A DNA stretch of 33,971 bases, from IMG/VR virus record IMGVR_UViG_3300012680_000002, positions 1-33,971 of that record; one strand, given 5' to 3'. Both the position numbers and the translations under genes were made by a program. The DNA is from a virus. Its lineage: Duplodnaviria; Caudoviricetes. Within the stretch, counting starts at the first letter, position 1. Every line of letters starts with the position of its first letter. Below, piece after piece: positions 1-9,155 of this stretch. The notes beneath the pieces were generated by a model. It made no database searches. It worked only from the letters and a program-made list of their open reading frames with translations, and had not been told where the DNA came from.

Positions 1-123
1 TGTAGATCAGAGCGCGGTCATAGCCTGGGGGCAGGGAAACGCTGGTGTCGAGCGTCGTAATCTCAGAGAGGGGCTTTACCGAATAGAGCACCAACTTGTG
101 GGCAACGGAGGGCTTGGGGTAAA
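1..123. repeat. Terminal direct repeat, copy 1 (identical to 33849-33971); circular assembly overlap
   Basis: TGTAGATCAGAGCGCGG...CTTGGGGTAAA occurs at both ends; the gp4-like ORF continues in frame across the junction. Confidence 0.95.
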
Positions 124-532
124 CCGTCACCGTCTCGAGTGGGAAGCCCCCGTCATGATAGAGAGAGTGCGGTAACGCGCCTGTGTCGTCCTTTTGTGCA
201 ATTGAGGACCACTCAGCCAGGCTCAGAATCTTGACTGGGTATTCGATCGCAGGAGTGACCGTCTCATCACGGATCAACGCTTCCTCAATCTTCAGCGCGC
301 GGGTCGAGCCATAGGTGCCGCCAGTGCCCATTGTGTAGGCGGCGGTGCCGGCGGTCATCGCGACCGCTTCGCGCGTGCGAGCAAAGATCAGGAGCCCTTC
401 GGTGCTCCATCCGCCCAGCATTCGATTCAAACTTGCGAGGCCGTCCGTGGCCTCAGATGCAGCGAGGCTATCGCCAGAGGCGACAACCCCGAGAAGGCGC
501 AAAGTTGCGGTAACTAAATCTCTTCCCGTCAC
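1..532 (-). CDS. P22 gp4-like head-tail adaptor, 5' part; continues at 33848..33667 (237 aa in total)
   Basis: Not in the ORF track. GTG at 532 overlaps the upstream stop (GTGA). Hand translation MTGRDLVTATLRLLGVVASGD..EATDGLASLNRMLGGW resembles the gp4-family N-terminus; lies between coat and gp10-like genes. Confidence 0.8.
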   Translation of the reverse strand, partial: MTGRDLVTATLRLLGVVASGDSLAASEATDGLASLNRMLGGWSTEGLLIFARTREAVAMTAGTAAYTMGTGGTYGSTRALKIEEALIRDETVTPAIEYPVKILSLAEWSSIAQKDDTGALPHSLYHDGGFPLETVTVYPKPSVAHKLVLYSVKPLSEITTLDTSVSLPPGYDRALIY

Positions 533-705
533 GCCCTACCCCCGTCCTTGGACTCAGATTTCTTGATAATTTTTTGTTCTGGCTTCTTCGCTTCAACGGG
601 CGACTCTTCCCAGCCAGCACCAATGGCCACGCGCTGCTTTTCGCTCTTAACTAGGAGCGGCTCAGCATCGGCGTGATAGAGCCATTTTGGATAAGAATCT
701 TCCAT
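529..705 (-). CDS. Small hypothetical protein downstream of coat
   Basis: MEDSYPKWLY.., GAGGG SD upstream of ATG 705, stop overlaps the next start. Confidence 0.65.
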   Translation of the reverse strand: MEDSYPKWLYHADAEPLLVKSEKQRVAIGAGWEESPVEAKKPEQKIIKKSESKDGGRA

Positions 706-725
706 GACGTTCCCTCTCAAGGTTC

Positions 726-757
726 GGGCGCCGAGGAGGACAAGTTCCCCGGCGCCC
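726..757 (-). other. GC-rich stem-loop after the coat gene (mRNA stabiliser or partial terminator)
   Basis: GGGCGCCG...CGGCGCCC inverted repeat; no clear U-tract. Confidence 0.55.
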
Positions 758-777
758 AGACCCTGTGTGGCTGTGGG

Positions 778-1992
778 TTATCCGATGACTCGGCAAGCCC
801 ACTCAGGACGAACAGCCTTCCAGCCGTAGAGCACGTCTAGGCGGCAAGGGAAGCTGTCGGCCGCGATGTCATAGGCGCGGACGATACGGATCGAGAGACC
901 GCTTTCGGGGTCGCTCGCAACTGCGGCGAAGTGAACACCCTGAGGGAGTTCAAGGTCTGCACATCCAAGCACGAAAGCATCTTCGTGCATGAGGATGTTG
1001 TTCATGTTCACGGTGGAAACGGCGCTCAAGAAGGTGAGAGCAGCGTTGTCAGCCGGAACAGCGTCCACCGTCTGAGTCGATCCAGAGGTCACGATCGAAG
1101 GAGAGATCGCGATCGTGGCAGCTCCAGCGCCGTCAGAAGCAGCGTCAGCGGTTGCAACGAACTGCTGAAGAACGCCAGTGCTCTGCTTGGTGATCGGGTT
1201 CACAGCGTAAACGCCAGCGAGCGTGAACACGTCGCCTTTCTTTACGCGGTTAGCAACGCCAGCGGTCCAGCCGTCAGTGACGATGGAAGACGCGCCAGAA
1301 GCGGTTGCACCGTTCGTGAGCGGCGTACCGCCACGCTGACCGGAGGTGTGAGCATAGATGTTCTGAGCCATGTAGAACTTGCCGCCGAGAGCGGTTCCCA
1401 TGATGCCCTTTTCATACTGTTCAGAGATCTTTTCAGAAGACTGAAACAGGCCCTTCAAACCATCCACAAGGGAGGTCTGAGCGGCTGGGTTGATGTGGAA
1501 AGAACGCTTGTTGTCCTGCGGGCAGCCCATTTCGTTCAGCTTCTGCTGAGCCTGGAGATAGGTCAGAGCAGCCGAAGGAGTGGTGCCTGGAGCGCCGACA
1601 GAGCTGTACACGTTCTGAGCAGCCATCTGCAGGCCGTCCATGTCAACCTTGTTAGCAAGGGCGACGACAGCATTATCGATGTAACGCTCGCGGAACTTGT
1701 CGATCGAGAGGGTGAGCTCCGAAGACGAGAACTTGAACGCAACGTGCTTCTGGCTGTCCAGGGAGAGTGACGTGCTTTCTTCAGTCACATCTTGGTTGGA
1801 CAGGGTAGCGCCGTCAGAAACCGTAAAGCGCGGGGGCTTACGGATGGTGACGGAACTGCCGATCTTAGCGCCCTTGACAGCGAACTCTTCGCTGTACTGC
1901 TTGTTGACGTTCGACGTGAAGCCGAGCTTGTTCTTGAACGCCATGAGCGCTTCTTTAGCGATCATGGTTGGGGTCAGGATAGTATTAGCCAT
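778..1992 (-). CDS. Major capsid protein, P22 gp5-like
   Basis: 404 aa; MANTILTP..KIGSSVTIRKP..; C-terminal CRLDVLYGWKAVRPEWACR; GAGGAG SD; follows scaffold. Confidence 0.9.
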   Translation of the reverse strand: MANTILTPTMIAKEALMAFKNKLGFTSNVNKQYSEEFAVKGAKIGSSVTIRKPPRFTVSDGATLSNQDVTEESTSLSLDSQKHVAFKFSSSELTLSIDKFRERYIDNAVVALANKVDMDGLQMAAQNVYSSVGAPGTTPSAALTYLQAQQKLNEMGCPQDNKRSFHINPAAQTSLVDGLKGLFQSSEKISEQYEKGIMGTALGGKFYMAQNIYAHTSGQRGGTPLTNGATASGASSIVTDGWTAGVANRVKKGDVFTLAGVYAVNPITKQSTGVLQQFVATADAASDGAGAATIAISPSIVTSGSTQTVDAVPADNAALTFLSAVSTVNMNNILMHEDAFVLGCADLELPQGVHFAAVASDPESGLSIRIVRAYDIAADSFPCRLDVLYGWKAVRPEWACRVIG

Positions 1993-2021
1993 TTGATTCT
2001 ACTCCTCGAGCAAACGAAGCA

Positions 2022-2960
2022 TCATGCTTGTTTGCGTTTGATTTGATCGCGCCTGAGCCGCTCATATTCCGACTGGGAGAGGTTCGGGTCGTCCAATGAC
2101 TTGGAGACTTTCCCCTTCGATCCCCCAATGGGTTCGATTGGCTTGGGTGCGTTGGTTAGTTTTTTAGCTTCGGGTTTCTTTTCGTCAGAGGATTTGGCAG
2201 AGAGTCTGGATTCGATCTTGCCTAGTTCACGAGCGGCAGCGAGAGGCGCGAGCTTGCAGATACGTGCATACTCATCGCGATTTTTCGCCAGCTCGAACAT
2301 CAGTTCAGGACCATTGTCAGACGAAATGATAATCTCTTGAACCGTTGCAGAGACCGGGATGTCGTCCACGGACTCGAGCACTTCTGAGAAATTATCAGTC
2401 TTTTCCATGAAGGACTTCACTCGTTCAGAATGGGACTTGAGCACCTGTTCATGTTCAGACAAGAGCTTGGACTTCTCAGCCTTCTGCTCTCGCTCCTTGA
2501 ACTTCTGCTCAGTCTTCCAGTCGGTCAGCGCCTCGACGTACTCCGAATGGGTATCGAAGGTGTCGGGGTTGGGCTTTCCTTCTTGGGAGACATTCTTCGT
2601 CGTCTCGACAGTCTTATCGGCCTTGGGTTCGCCAGCGCCTTGCTTGAGCGCCATCGATTTCCAGTGCTCGACCTCAGCTTGCACCGCTGAATAGCGGGCA
2701 TTGAGCTTGTCGATACGGCGTTGAAAGCCGCCTTTCTTCTTGGGTCTTTCCTTCTCAGCGTCTTTAGACTCCTCGGTCTCGCCTTCGAGGTCTGATTCGT
2801 CTTGGTCGCTAACACTTTCCTCTGTTTCCTCGGTTTCCGATTCCGGGGATTCATTCTGCTCGGAAGCCTTGGCTTCTGGCGCGGATTTTTCCTGTTCCGT
2901 TGAAGCGGCTACTGGCTTTTCGGCAGGAGCCTCGTCATTAGAACGGACTGTGATCGTCAT
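2022..2960 (-). CDS. Scaffolding protein
   Basis: Acidic/charged low-complexity N-terminus, FQRRIDKL motif, C-terminal basic helix; between portal and coat. ATG 2960 with AAGGA SD preferred over 3050. Confidence 0.8.
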   Translation of the reverse strand: MTITVRSNDEAPAEKPVAASTEQEKSAPEAKASEQNESPESETEETEESVSDQDESDLEGETEESKDAEKERPKKKGGFQRRIDKLNARYSAVQAEVEHWKSMALKQGAGEPKADKTVETTKNVSQEGKPNPDTFDTHSEYVEALTDWKTEQKFKEREQKAEKSKLLSEHEQVLKSHSERVKSFMEKTDNFSEVLESVDDIPVSATVQEIIISSDNGPELMFELAKNRDEYARICKLAPLAAARELGKIESRLSAKSSDEKKPEAKKLTNAPKPIEPIGGSKGKVSKSLDDPNLSQSEYERLRRDQIKRKQA

Positions 2961-5139
2961 CTGGAATTCCTTCCATGGGTAAGCCCGGTGATTCCCCGCC
3001 GGTAGGGTCAAAGCCGCCGTCGCCGAACTCAGCACCTGGATAGGCGCCATCAGCTGGCGGGGCTAATTCTTGTGATCCGTTTAGAAACGGTTGATCGATC
3101 TTGAGGAGCTTTTGACGCTGCTCGAGCTGCGCAATCTCTGCGTTCAAGATCGCGAGTGAGTCGCGCTGATCTAGCCGTGCTCGCTCGATTTCGAGCTGCA
3201 CTTCGAGCTTCTTGAATTCGATGCGTTCCTTGGACTCAAGCTCGATGCGCTTATGATCGATCGCGTCTTGCGCTTCGTGAAGCTTTGCGGTGAGCTGTTC
3301 GACCATTTGGCTCATCTGCTGCATCTGCGCTTGAACCTGAGGCGGGATCTGTTGCTTGTTTTTGGTCGTATCTTCGATGAGGTTCGGAGGCAGCGTCTTC
3401 TTAATCCGCTCAGCCATGTCCTGGGCGCCTGGCCAGTCCTGCGCCTTGATAAACAAGTCGCCAGCAACCTGCATGAGCTGCGGATAAGCTTTGGTGACGT
3501 CGATCATCGCGGCAACGGCTTCTTGGCGCTTGGATGCGAACGAAGGGCCGACGTCTACGGTGACGTCGTATTTGCCAACGTCCAGAGCGTAGATAACGGG
3601 CTTGCCGTCCTTTCCGATCTCGCCGGTCTGCTGATTCACTTTCACGATCTTCTGCTCGCCGTCGTCGCCGATGATCCGGTCCGCTCGTGCCGTGTCGTAA
3701 ATCTTGGGGATGAGATCGACGATCACTCGGCCTCCGTGGCGAAGAGAGCGGGTCAGGTTGTCGATGAAATGGAAATTAGAGGTCTGCGTCTGCATGCTGC
3801 GGCGTTGAATGGCGATGCCTGAGGTTTCATTCGATCGCGCACCCATCGCGGCGTCATAGATGCCCGTCGTGGCTTTCAGATCTTCGGACGCCATCATGCG
3901 CGCGTTGGTGATCGCTCCGACTGCGGGCTCAAAGGAGTTTCTCTGCGGAGGTGCGACGGGGGTGCCGCCGACCGAAGTAGGCTTATAAGGAAGGAAAGCG
4001 TGGTTCTTCCGATTCGCGGTAGACCACTCTTTCTCGTAACCCTCGATCTGGCCTTCCGCGATGATGAACGGGGTACGCGGAGCAAGCGCGATGGCCTCAG
4101 TCTCAGCCGACGCCCAGTAGTTATACATCCGCTGCGAATCTTTCGCGTTTCGGATGATGCCCTCTAAGATCCGCTTCCCATTGATGTAAAGCTCGTTGCC
4201 GTAGACGGGGATGATCGGGATGTAGCGACCCGGCCAGGTAGTTTTCTCTAGAATCTCTGAACCATTGATCTTGCACCAGTGAATGACTGGGGCCAGGGCA
4301 ATTCGCTCACGTACCACTTCAACTTGAATTCCCGCCGCCGCCCCGGCCTCTAGAACCTGTTGCAGGTTCTCCTTAAGGACTGATTCCCCGGTGTTCAGCA
4401 GAACGATTGTTGTTTCTCGGGTGTCCTTGTAGAAATACTCGGCGACACGCGCCGAACCGTCGCGCACCCATGAGGGTGCTTGATTGCCTGTCGTCTCCCA
4501 CTCGTCCGCACTGGCGAGCTTGGACTTGGGATAACGAGAGCGATACTCATCGGCGGATAGGTCTTCTGTGATGAAAGCGAAGCTCGCATCCGAACCATCG
4601 GGCTCTTGTGAGTAGGGGTCAAAGTAAACTGAGAAGGGGTTGCGGATGCGCTTGATCAAAATCTCTTGATCAAAGCTTGTCGGGCTAACGAAATCCGTGA
4701 TGACTCGGAAGTAGCCGAATCCGCCGGTCACAGCCGAATCAAATGCGGTATCGTAAGCAACGTCTGCGTTTGAGTTGTATTCGATGTGGCGAATCAGGCC
4801 CTGAATGATCTTACCGGTCTCAACGTCGCCGTGATCATCGACGGGGTGCACCTTGATCGACGGGCGATTCTGGCGCTGATCGTTCGTGACCTGCTGAATG
4901 AACTGAGGGATGCGGTTGATGACGAGACAAGGGCGGCCATCGCTCTGGCGTTCAGCGACGATATTCTCGGGCCATTGCTTGCCTGCGCGAAATTCGAGGT
5001 CTTCTAATGCAAGACGGCGAATATCAGACTCCGCCTCCTCAGCTAACTGAAGACGCGCATGAGCTTCTTTGAGAAGCTTGGATTCTTCTTGATTGTCGCT
5101 CTCCGGGCTAGATTCACCTGGAGCTAAGTTGTCCGCCAC
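2938..5139 (-). CDS. Portal protein, P22 gp1-like
   Basis: 733 aa; G.QW, RPCLVINRI, SNETSGIAI..R, GKYDV.V..GPSF..KRQE motifs; Gln-rich C-terminal barrel. Confidence 0.92.
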   Translation of the reverse strand: MADNLAPGESSPESDNQEESKLLKEAHARLQLAEEAESDIRRLALEDLEFRAGKQWPENIVAERQSDGRPCLVINRIPQFIQQVTNDQRQNRPSIKVHPVDDHGDVETGKIIQGLIRHIEYNSNADVAYDTAFDSAVTGGFGYFRVITDFVSPTSFDQEILIKRIRNPFSVYFDPYSQEPDGSDASFAFITEDLSADEYRSRYPKSKLASADEWETTGNQAPSWVRDGSARVAEYFYKDTRETTIVLLNTGESVLKENLQQVLEAGAAAGIQVEVVRERIALAPVIHWCKINGSEILEKTTWPGRYIPIIPVYGNELYINGKRILEGIIRNAKDSQRMYNYWASAETEAIALAPRTPFIIAEGQIEGYEKEWSTANRKNHAFLPYKPTSVGGTPVAPPQRNSFEPAVGAITNARMMASEDLKATTGIYDAAMGARSNETSGIAIQRRSMQTQTSNFHFIDNLTRSLRHGGRVIVDLIPKIYDTARADRIIGDDGEQKIVKVNQQTGEIGKDGKPVIYALDVGKYDVTVDVGPSFASKRQEAVAAMIDVTKAYPQLMQVAGDLFIKAQDWPGAQDMAERIKKTLPPNLIEDTTKNKQQIPPQVQAQMQQMSQMVEQLTAKLHEAQDAIDHKRIELESKERIEFKKLEVQLEIERARLDQRDSLAILNAEIAQLEQRQKLLKIDQPFLNGSQELAPPADGAYPGAEFGDGGFDPTGGESPGLPMEGIPDDDHSPF

Positions 5140-5202
5140 ATCTCTATGCTGAGGCGCAACGAACTATAGGCCAGCTATAGAGCTACTATAGTTGATCTAT
5201 AG
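5140..5202 (-). promoter_or_regulatory. Putative late promoter: four CTATAG palindromes at 11-bp period, then a -10-like CAGCAT
   Basis: CTATAG starts at 5164, 5175, 5186 and 5197; shares TATAGTTCG-N20-GTG with the terS upstream region. Confidence 0.65.
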
Positions 5203-5207
5203 TGGGC

Positions 5208-6809
5208 TCACCCCATCCAACCGCCGGAGCCGCCGGCGTACCCAGTGTCGATGCGCTTCGCCTTGGTCTGGGTCTTTGGAAACTCGGCACCGAGTACGGG
5301 GTCCATAATCCTTGCCCGGCAGTCCAGCATGTCGTCGTGGACGCAAACGGGGAACGATAGGAACTCTTCTGAGTTGTAGAGCTGGACGTAGTCTCGCGTG
5401 GTGCCTTCGCAATCCACGAACGCGAGTCGCTTGGGTGAGTAGAACCGCCTCTGCTCATAGACCGGGATAAGCTTCCTGATCCGGTCCTCTTTGGCGAGAC
5501 TCCCGCCGAGCTCAATGATCTGGAATCGGTAGTTTCTGCGCTCCATCTCAGTCTGGATGTGCTCGACATCTGACTGCATGCCATAGCGCTCGTAGCCAAT
5601 CGCTCGCGGGTTGTGCATGCGGTGAAGCTCAAAGAGCTTGTTCGTGCGTTGAGTGAGGTTCATGCGGTCGCGGACGGCATCCAGCAGGTAGTAATTGTTA
5701 TCGGGAGCGAGTCCAATGACTTCCATCACGGTGAAGTCAGATGAGTTTTTCTTGGAGTTCGCAGGGTCTACTAAAATGTATTTGTTCCACTTCGACGTGT
5801 CGTCCAGGTGCTCATAGTAGGCGAGCCATTCTTCTCTAAAGCCAGATGTCTTATCTGCGACAGGATCTTGAAGCATCTGGCAGGAAAACGTGTACGGTCC
5901 CATGTCCCTACGCTTCTGAAGGAGCAGCGTTTCCGAGAGAAACACAGGCTTCCCATCGGGGGGGGACTTCCCGTCGTGCGTCGCCTTGTGAATTCGTGGG
6001 TTGACCGATCCTCGAGCGATCAGCTCCCGGTAAGTGTCGTTCACATGGTAGCGCGTGCCGATGTAGCGTCTGCGCGTGCGCTCACCGCTGCCAAGGTTCA
6101 GCGATAGCTCCCATGCTCTCGTAGTCTTGGCGATCTGATCGGATGTGGAGACGGATTCGAGCGTCACGACGTCGTCATAGATTTGATGCGTGAAGTGGCG
6201 GGATGTTGGTTGGCCGTCAACCAAGCCCCAAGCCTCAATTGTAGACTCTTTCGGGTTGGTCTTCCGCTTCACGATGAGGCCTGAATCCATTGACCACTTT
6301 GTCGCTTCGGTTTGCGGGTTCCTGTGAAGGATATCTGGGAATAGGTCTTTTAGGTAATCGTTCGTCTCAAGCTCTCGTTTGATCTGTTCCAGGAACGCCT
6401 TGGAAATGTTGCGCGTATGGCTGAAGATGCCGACCGTTACTTCGGGGTCACAGAGGATGTCTTGGATCGTCTTGGCGTACGTGATGATCGTGGACTTATA
6501 ATGGTCACGAGCCCAGAGATCGAGGTGCCCATCGGGACTGGCTTCCACTTCGCGGCACCGCGCGTAGAGCCAATCGTGATTGACGTCTTTGCGCTTGAGG
6601 GCGACTGAGAGAAGAAAAAAGAGATCGTTTTTGCAGAGGCGCCGAGCTGCGTGGACATTCTTGGATTCCAGAATTTCTCGGTAGGTTTCATTCGCCTGCT
6701 CCCGGTTCATGAGCTTGCAGTCAATCTGATCGGCTGTTTGCCTTAGCTCCTTCTCATCAAGGAGGGACTTCAGAGCCAGCATCTTGTCTCGGTCCATTTC
6801 AGGGAGCAT
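5208..6809 (-). CDS. terL: Terminase large subunit
   Basis: Walker A-like ARDHYKST, Walker B IYDD, IGTRY coupling motif, RNase H-like VDPA..DFT..HDDMLD. Confidence 0.92.
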   Translation of the reverse strand: MLPEMDRDKMLALKSLLDEKELRQTADQIDCKLMNREQANETYREILESKNVHAARRLCKNDLFFLLSVALKRKDVNHDWLYARCREVEASPDGHLDLWARDHYKSTIITYAKTIQDILCDPEVTVGIFSHTRNISKAFLEQIKRELETNDYLKDLFPDILHRNPQTEATKWSMDSGLIVKRKTNPKESTIEAWGLVDGQPTSRHFTHQIYDDVVTLESVSTSDQIAKTTRAWELSLNLGSGERTRRRYIGTRYHVNDTYRELIARGSVNPRIHKATHDGKSPPDGKPVFLSETLLLQKRRDMGPYTFSCQMLQDPVADKTSGFREEWLAYYEHLDDTSKWNKYILVDPANSKKNSSDFTVMEVIGLAPDNNYYLLDAVRDRMNLTQRTNKLFELHRMHNPRAIGYERYGMQSDVEHIQTEMERRNYRFQIIELGGSLAKEDRIRKLIPVYEQRRFYSPKRLAFVDCEGTTRDYVQLYNSEEFLSFPVCVHDDMLDCRARIMDPVLGAEFPKTQTKAKRIDTGYAGGSGGWMG

Positions 6810-7078
6810 CAGTGCGCCTCCTTGTGCTTTCCGAGCGGTGGCCTTTCGTCGCAGAAGAGAAAAAGTTGCTTAGCGACTAGAAGGAAGTCTTCCTCGGTGC
6901 CGTCATCTAAGATGGATGGAATTTCACGCGTCCCCATCATGACCTCGCCCCGATCAACCCAAGCCTGAATGTAGGCTTTAGCGTCCTCAGGCGTGTTTAA
7001 GTCGTAGGTTCTGTCTTGCGCGATAGCGGCTTCCGTCTCGTTGAAGTGAAGAGAAGCGCCGGCACTGCGAACGGTCAC
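6809..7078 (-). CDS. Hypothetical protein between terS and terL
   Basis: Translationally coupled on both sides (GTGA and TGATG overlaps). Confidence 0.7.
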   Translation of the reverse strand: MTVRSAGASLHFNETEAAIAQDRTYDLNTPEDAKAYIQAWVDRGEVMMGTREIPSILDDGTEEDFLLVAKQLFLFCDERPPLGKHKEAH

Positions 7079-7599
7079 TGCGGTTCCTTGGCGGACTTTG
7101 CGAGCATGGTTGCTATCTGAGCTTCTAACTCTTCGTCGGTGAGCTGACTGATCGGAATCGCCTTACCGTCAGGACCCGAGTGCTCGTGCTTCTCGGTAAA
7201 GAGCTTCAGGTGCTTGCCCAAAAGCTCACAGCCTTTCAGCACTCCGTTGGAATCGAAGCGGTAGGCTGCCGCGACTTCACCCTCGCCGACGGGAATCATG
7301 ACCGGCAGACCGAACTGTCCTTTAACCATCTCCGCCTGCGAGCAGCGTTCGACGGTTTCGCGAATCTTCTGGAGAACATAGTCTGAGGTGATCTGGGTAC
7401 GCTTCGCTCGCTCGGTCATCGCTATGCCGATGGCTTCTTGGATGTCTGGTTTTGACAGGTTCTCTGAGCCGATCTGTCGAGCGGTATCTGGGCTGTACCC
7501 TGCTCTAGTTGCAGCCTGAGTGGCGTTCAAATCAAGGAGGTACTCCCGGACGAATGCTTGCTGCTTGGGCGTGAGTTCGTTGGTCTTAGACTGCTCCAC
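7075..7599 (-). CDS. terS: Terminase small subunit (Terminase_2-like)
   Basis: LTPKQQAFVREYLLDLNATQAATRAGYS..A..IGSENL.KP, ELLGKHL.LF, EHSGPDG. Confidence 0.93.
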   Translation of the reverse strand: MEQSKTNELTPKQQAFVREYLLDLNATQAATRAGYSPDTARQIGSENLSKPDIQEAIGIAMTERAKRTQITSDYVLQKIRETVERCSQAEMVKGQFGLPVMIPVGEGEVAAAYRFDSNGVLKGCELLGKHLKLFTEKHEHSGPDGKAIPISQLTDEELEAQIATMLAKSAKEPQ

Positions 7600-7686
7600 A
7601 ATTAAAGGGTAACAGCGAGCGAACTATAAAAAATCTATATATCAAGTATACTTTTAATAAGTAAAAGTTATGTCTATACTTTTAGT
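7600..7686. promoter_or_regulatory. AT-rich divergent control region (terS late promoter and RHH gene promoter)
   Basis: NTATAN units at 7624/7635/7646; TATACTTTTA direct repeat (7647, 7675); ACTTTTA/TAAAAGT inverted repeat; TG-n-TACCCT on minus; TATACT on plus. Confidence 0.65.
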
Positions 7687-7908
7687 ATGAGAGAGAAAAA
7701 ATCGCTGGATGCGATCATTGGAAGCTTTGACCCAACCGAAACGACCGAAGTCGGAAACCTGAAAGGCGGAACAGTCACGACCTGGCTGTCACCCGAATAT
7801 AAGGCTTCATACGACCGGCTACAGAAGCAGAGTAAGAGGCGCTTCGCGAAGATTGTTCGCGAGCTCATCCAAACTGCTATCGATCGTGCGGAAGCTAAAG
7901 CGTCCTAA
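7687..7908 (+). CDS. Putative ribbon-helix-helix DNA-binding regulator
   Basis: Alternating beta strand TVTTWL followed by two helices (..FAKIVRELI..AI); divergent from terS. Confidence 0.6.
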   Translation: MREKKSLDAIIGSFDPTETTEVGNLKGGTVTTWLSPEYKASYDRLQKQSKRRFAKIVRELIQTAIDRAEAKAS

Positions 7909-8330
7909 TAGCTCGAACAGTTAGTGTACGTGGAGCTGCCGCCGTAATTGTTCGACGTGCATTTGGTACTGGTAGGCTTGCGAAGCTTATTCGCCAGTTC
8001 CTGTTCGTGATCTCTTTGGATCATGGCCTGCCAGGCGCGAGCCCTTGCTTCTGCATCCCTCGCCTTTGCAGCCTCATTAGTCTGGCACGCCTTGTCCTTC
8101 ACTTTACTGTTCTTATCAAAGAGGACGCCGCATTTCGTATAAGAATCTACAGTCCAAGCGAGTCCCTCATCCGCTCCGATCCACTCAACAGAGTCTGGGG
8201 CTCCCAACTCTTGTACGACATCATTTTTTGATTGGCCTCGCTCTAACAACAACCATTTCTTCTGAACTGACGAGCACGCAGAAAGAGCGAAGGCCGCGAA
8301 CAGAACAACACAGATTTTATTTAGTCCCAT
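7905..8330 (-). CDS. Lipoprotein with SmpA/BamE-like domain (possible superinfection-exclusion or moron gene)
   Basis: Lipobox LSAC after a hydrophobic stretch; L..GQSK.DV...LGAPD pattern; has its own promoter-like sequence. Confidence 0.65.
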   Translation of the reverse strand: MGLNKICVVLFAAFALSACSSVQKKWLLLERGQSKNDVVQELGAPDSVEWIGADEGLAWTVDSYTKCGVLFDKNSKVKDKACQTNEAAKARDAEARARAWQAMIQRDHEQELANKLRKPTSTKCTSNNYGGSSTYTNCSSY

Positions 8331-8517
8331 TCCCCTATTATCAGCGATTCCAAGAGGAATTTGAATGTGTCCTATGGGACACGTTGCGCGTCCGTGAATT
8401 CCTGAGAGAATATTGCTAGTGGGAGAATAAATGGGGCAATCTTCATGGAATGGCTCGGACCGAAGACAAGCTCCGTGTAATGGGTGCCTGAAAGAATTGA
8501 GAGCGAAAATAGAATCC

Positions 8518-8922
8518 CTAAGCTCTCGACTTGCGCAGCTTTTGAGATTTCTTGCTGGCCTCTAGTTCTTTGCCGGCGATAATTCCTCTGAGGGTCGGCA
8601 TCAGCGCGGCCCAGTCCTCTTTCTTGAACGCCTCCAGAATGGCCTTAACTTCGGTTGGGATGTTGGATTCTTGAGAGTCGCCTTCATCTGCGATCAGCTC
8701 TGAGGTAGTGGTTCCAAATTCGGAAGCGACTCGATCTAGGGCATCGAGAGACGGCGCGCCCGTGCCGTCGATCCACCTATAGATGGCGGACTGGGCGATA
8801 CCGATCCGATCTCCTAGGTCGCGGGCTTTCCAGCCCCGCGCTGCGAGCAGAGCCTCAATCCGCACTTTGAATAAGTGGGCGGAACTACGGGCTTTCATCT
8901 TTTGCCCTAAATTGTGTTGCAA
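8518..8922 (-). CDS. CI-like XRE repressor with no peptidase domain; ATG 8898 is the likelier start
   Basis: HTH_3 pattern ARDLGDRIGIAQSAIYRWIDG..PSLDAL; divergent from a cro-like gene. Confidence 0.8.
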   Translation of the reverse strand: MQHNLGQKMKARSSAHLFKVRIEALLAARGWKARDLGDRIGIAQSAIYRWIDGTGAPSLDALDRVASEFGTTTSELIADEGDSQESNIPTEVKAILEAFKKEDWAALMPTLRGIIAGKELEASKKSQKLRKSRA

Positions 8923-8951
8923 ACGCCCTCAACTTAGGGCATATTTGATTC
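8904..8951 (+). promoter_or_regulatory. Early rightward promoter with operator
   Basis: TTGCAA(8917)-17 bp-CATATT(8940); imperfect palindrome GCCCTC-AACT-TAGGGC (8925-8940) and half-site GCCCTAA (8904). Confidence 0.65.
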
Positions 8952-9155
8952 ATGGGTGCAGCGCATTTAAAGAAGATCATGGAAGTGGAGAACAAGCGGG
9001 TCATCGACATAGCCTCCGAGCTTCAAATTGCTCCGGCCACTGTCTCCAAGTTTCTACGAGGAGAGAGCGTTAGCCGGGTCATCGAGGCCACCATCAAACG
9101 GTTCCTCGACGATAAAGCGCGCATCACCGGCGCCGCTAGGGCGGCTTCCGGCTGA
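8952..9155 (+). CDS. Cro-like HTH protein
   Basis: VIDIASELQIAPATVSKFLRG HTH; divergent from cI. Confidence 0.75.
   Translation: MGAAHLKKIMEVENKRVIDIASELQIAPATVSKFLRGESVSRVIEATIKRFLDDKARITGAARAASG

Noticed and set aside
931-1770. Long plus-strand ORF opposite the coat gene (likewise 3253-3822, 24669-25142, 28853-29461)
   Set aside because: Antisense shadows of well-supported genes, caused by codon bias
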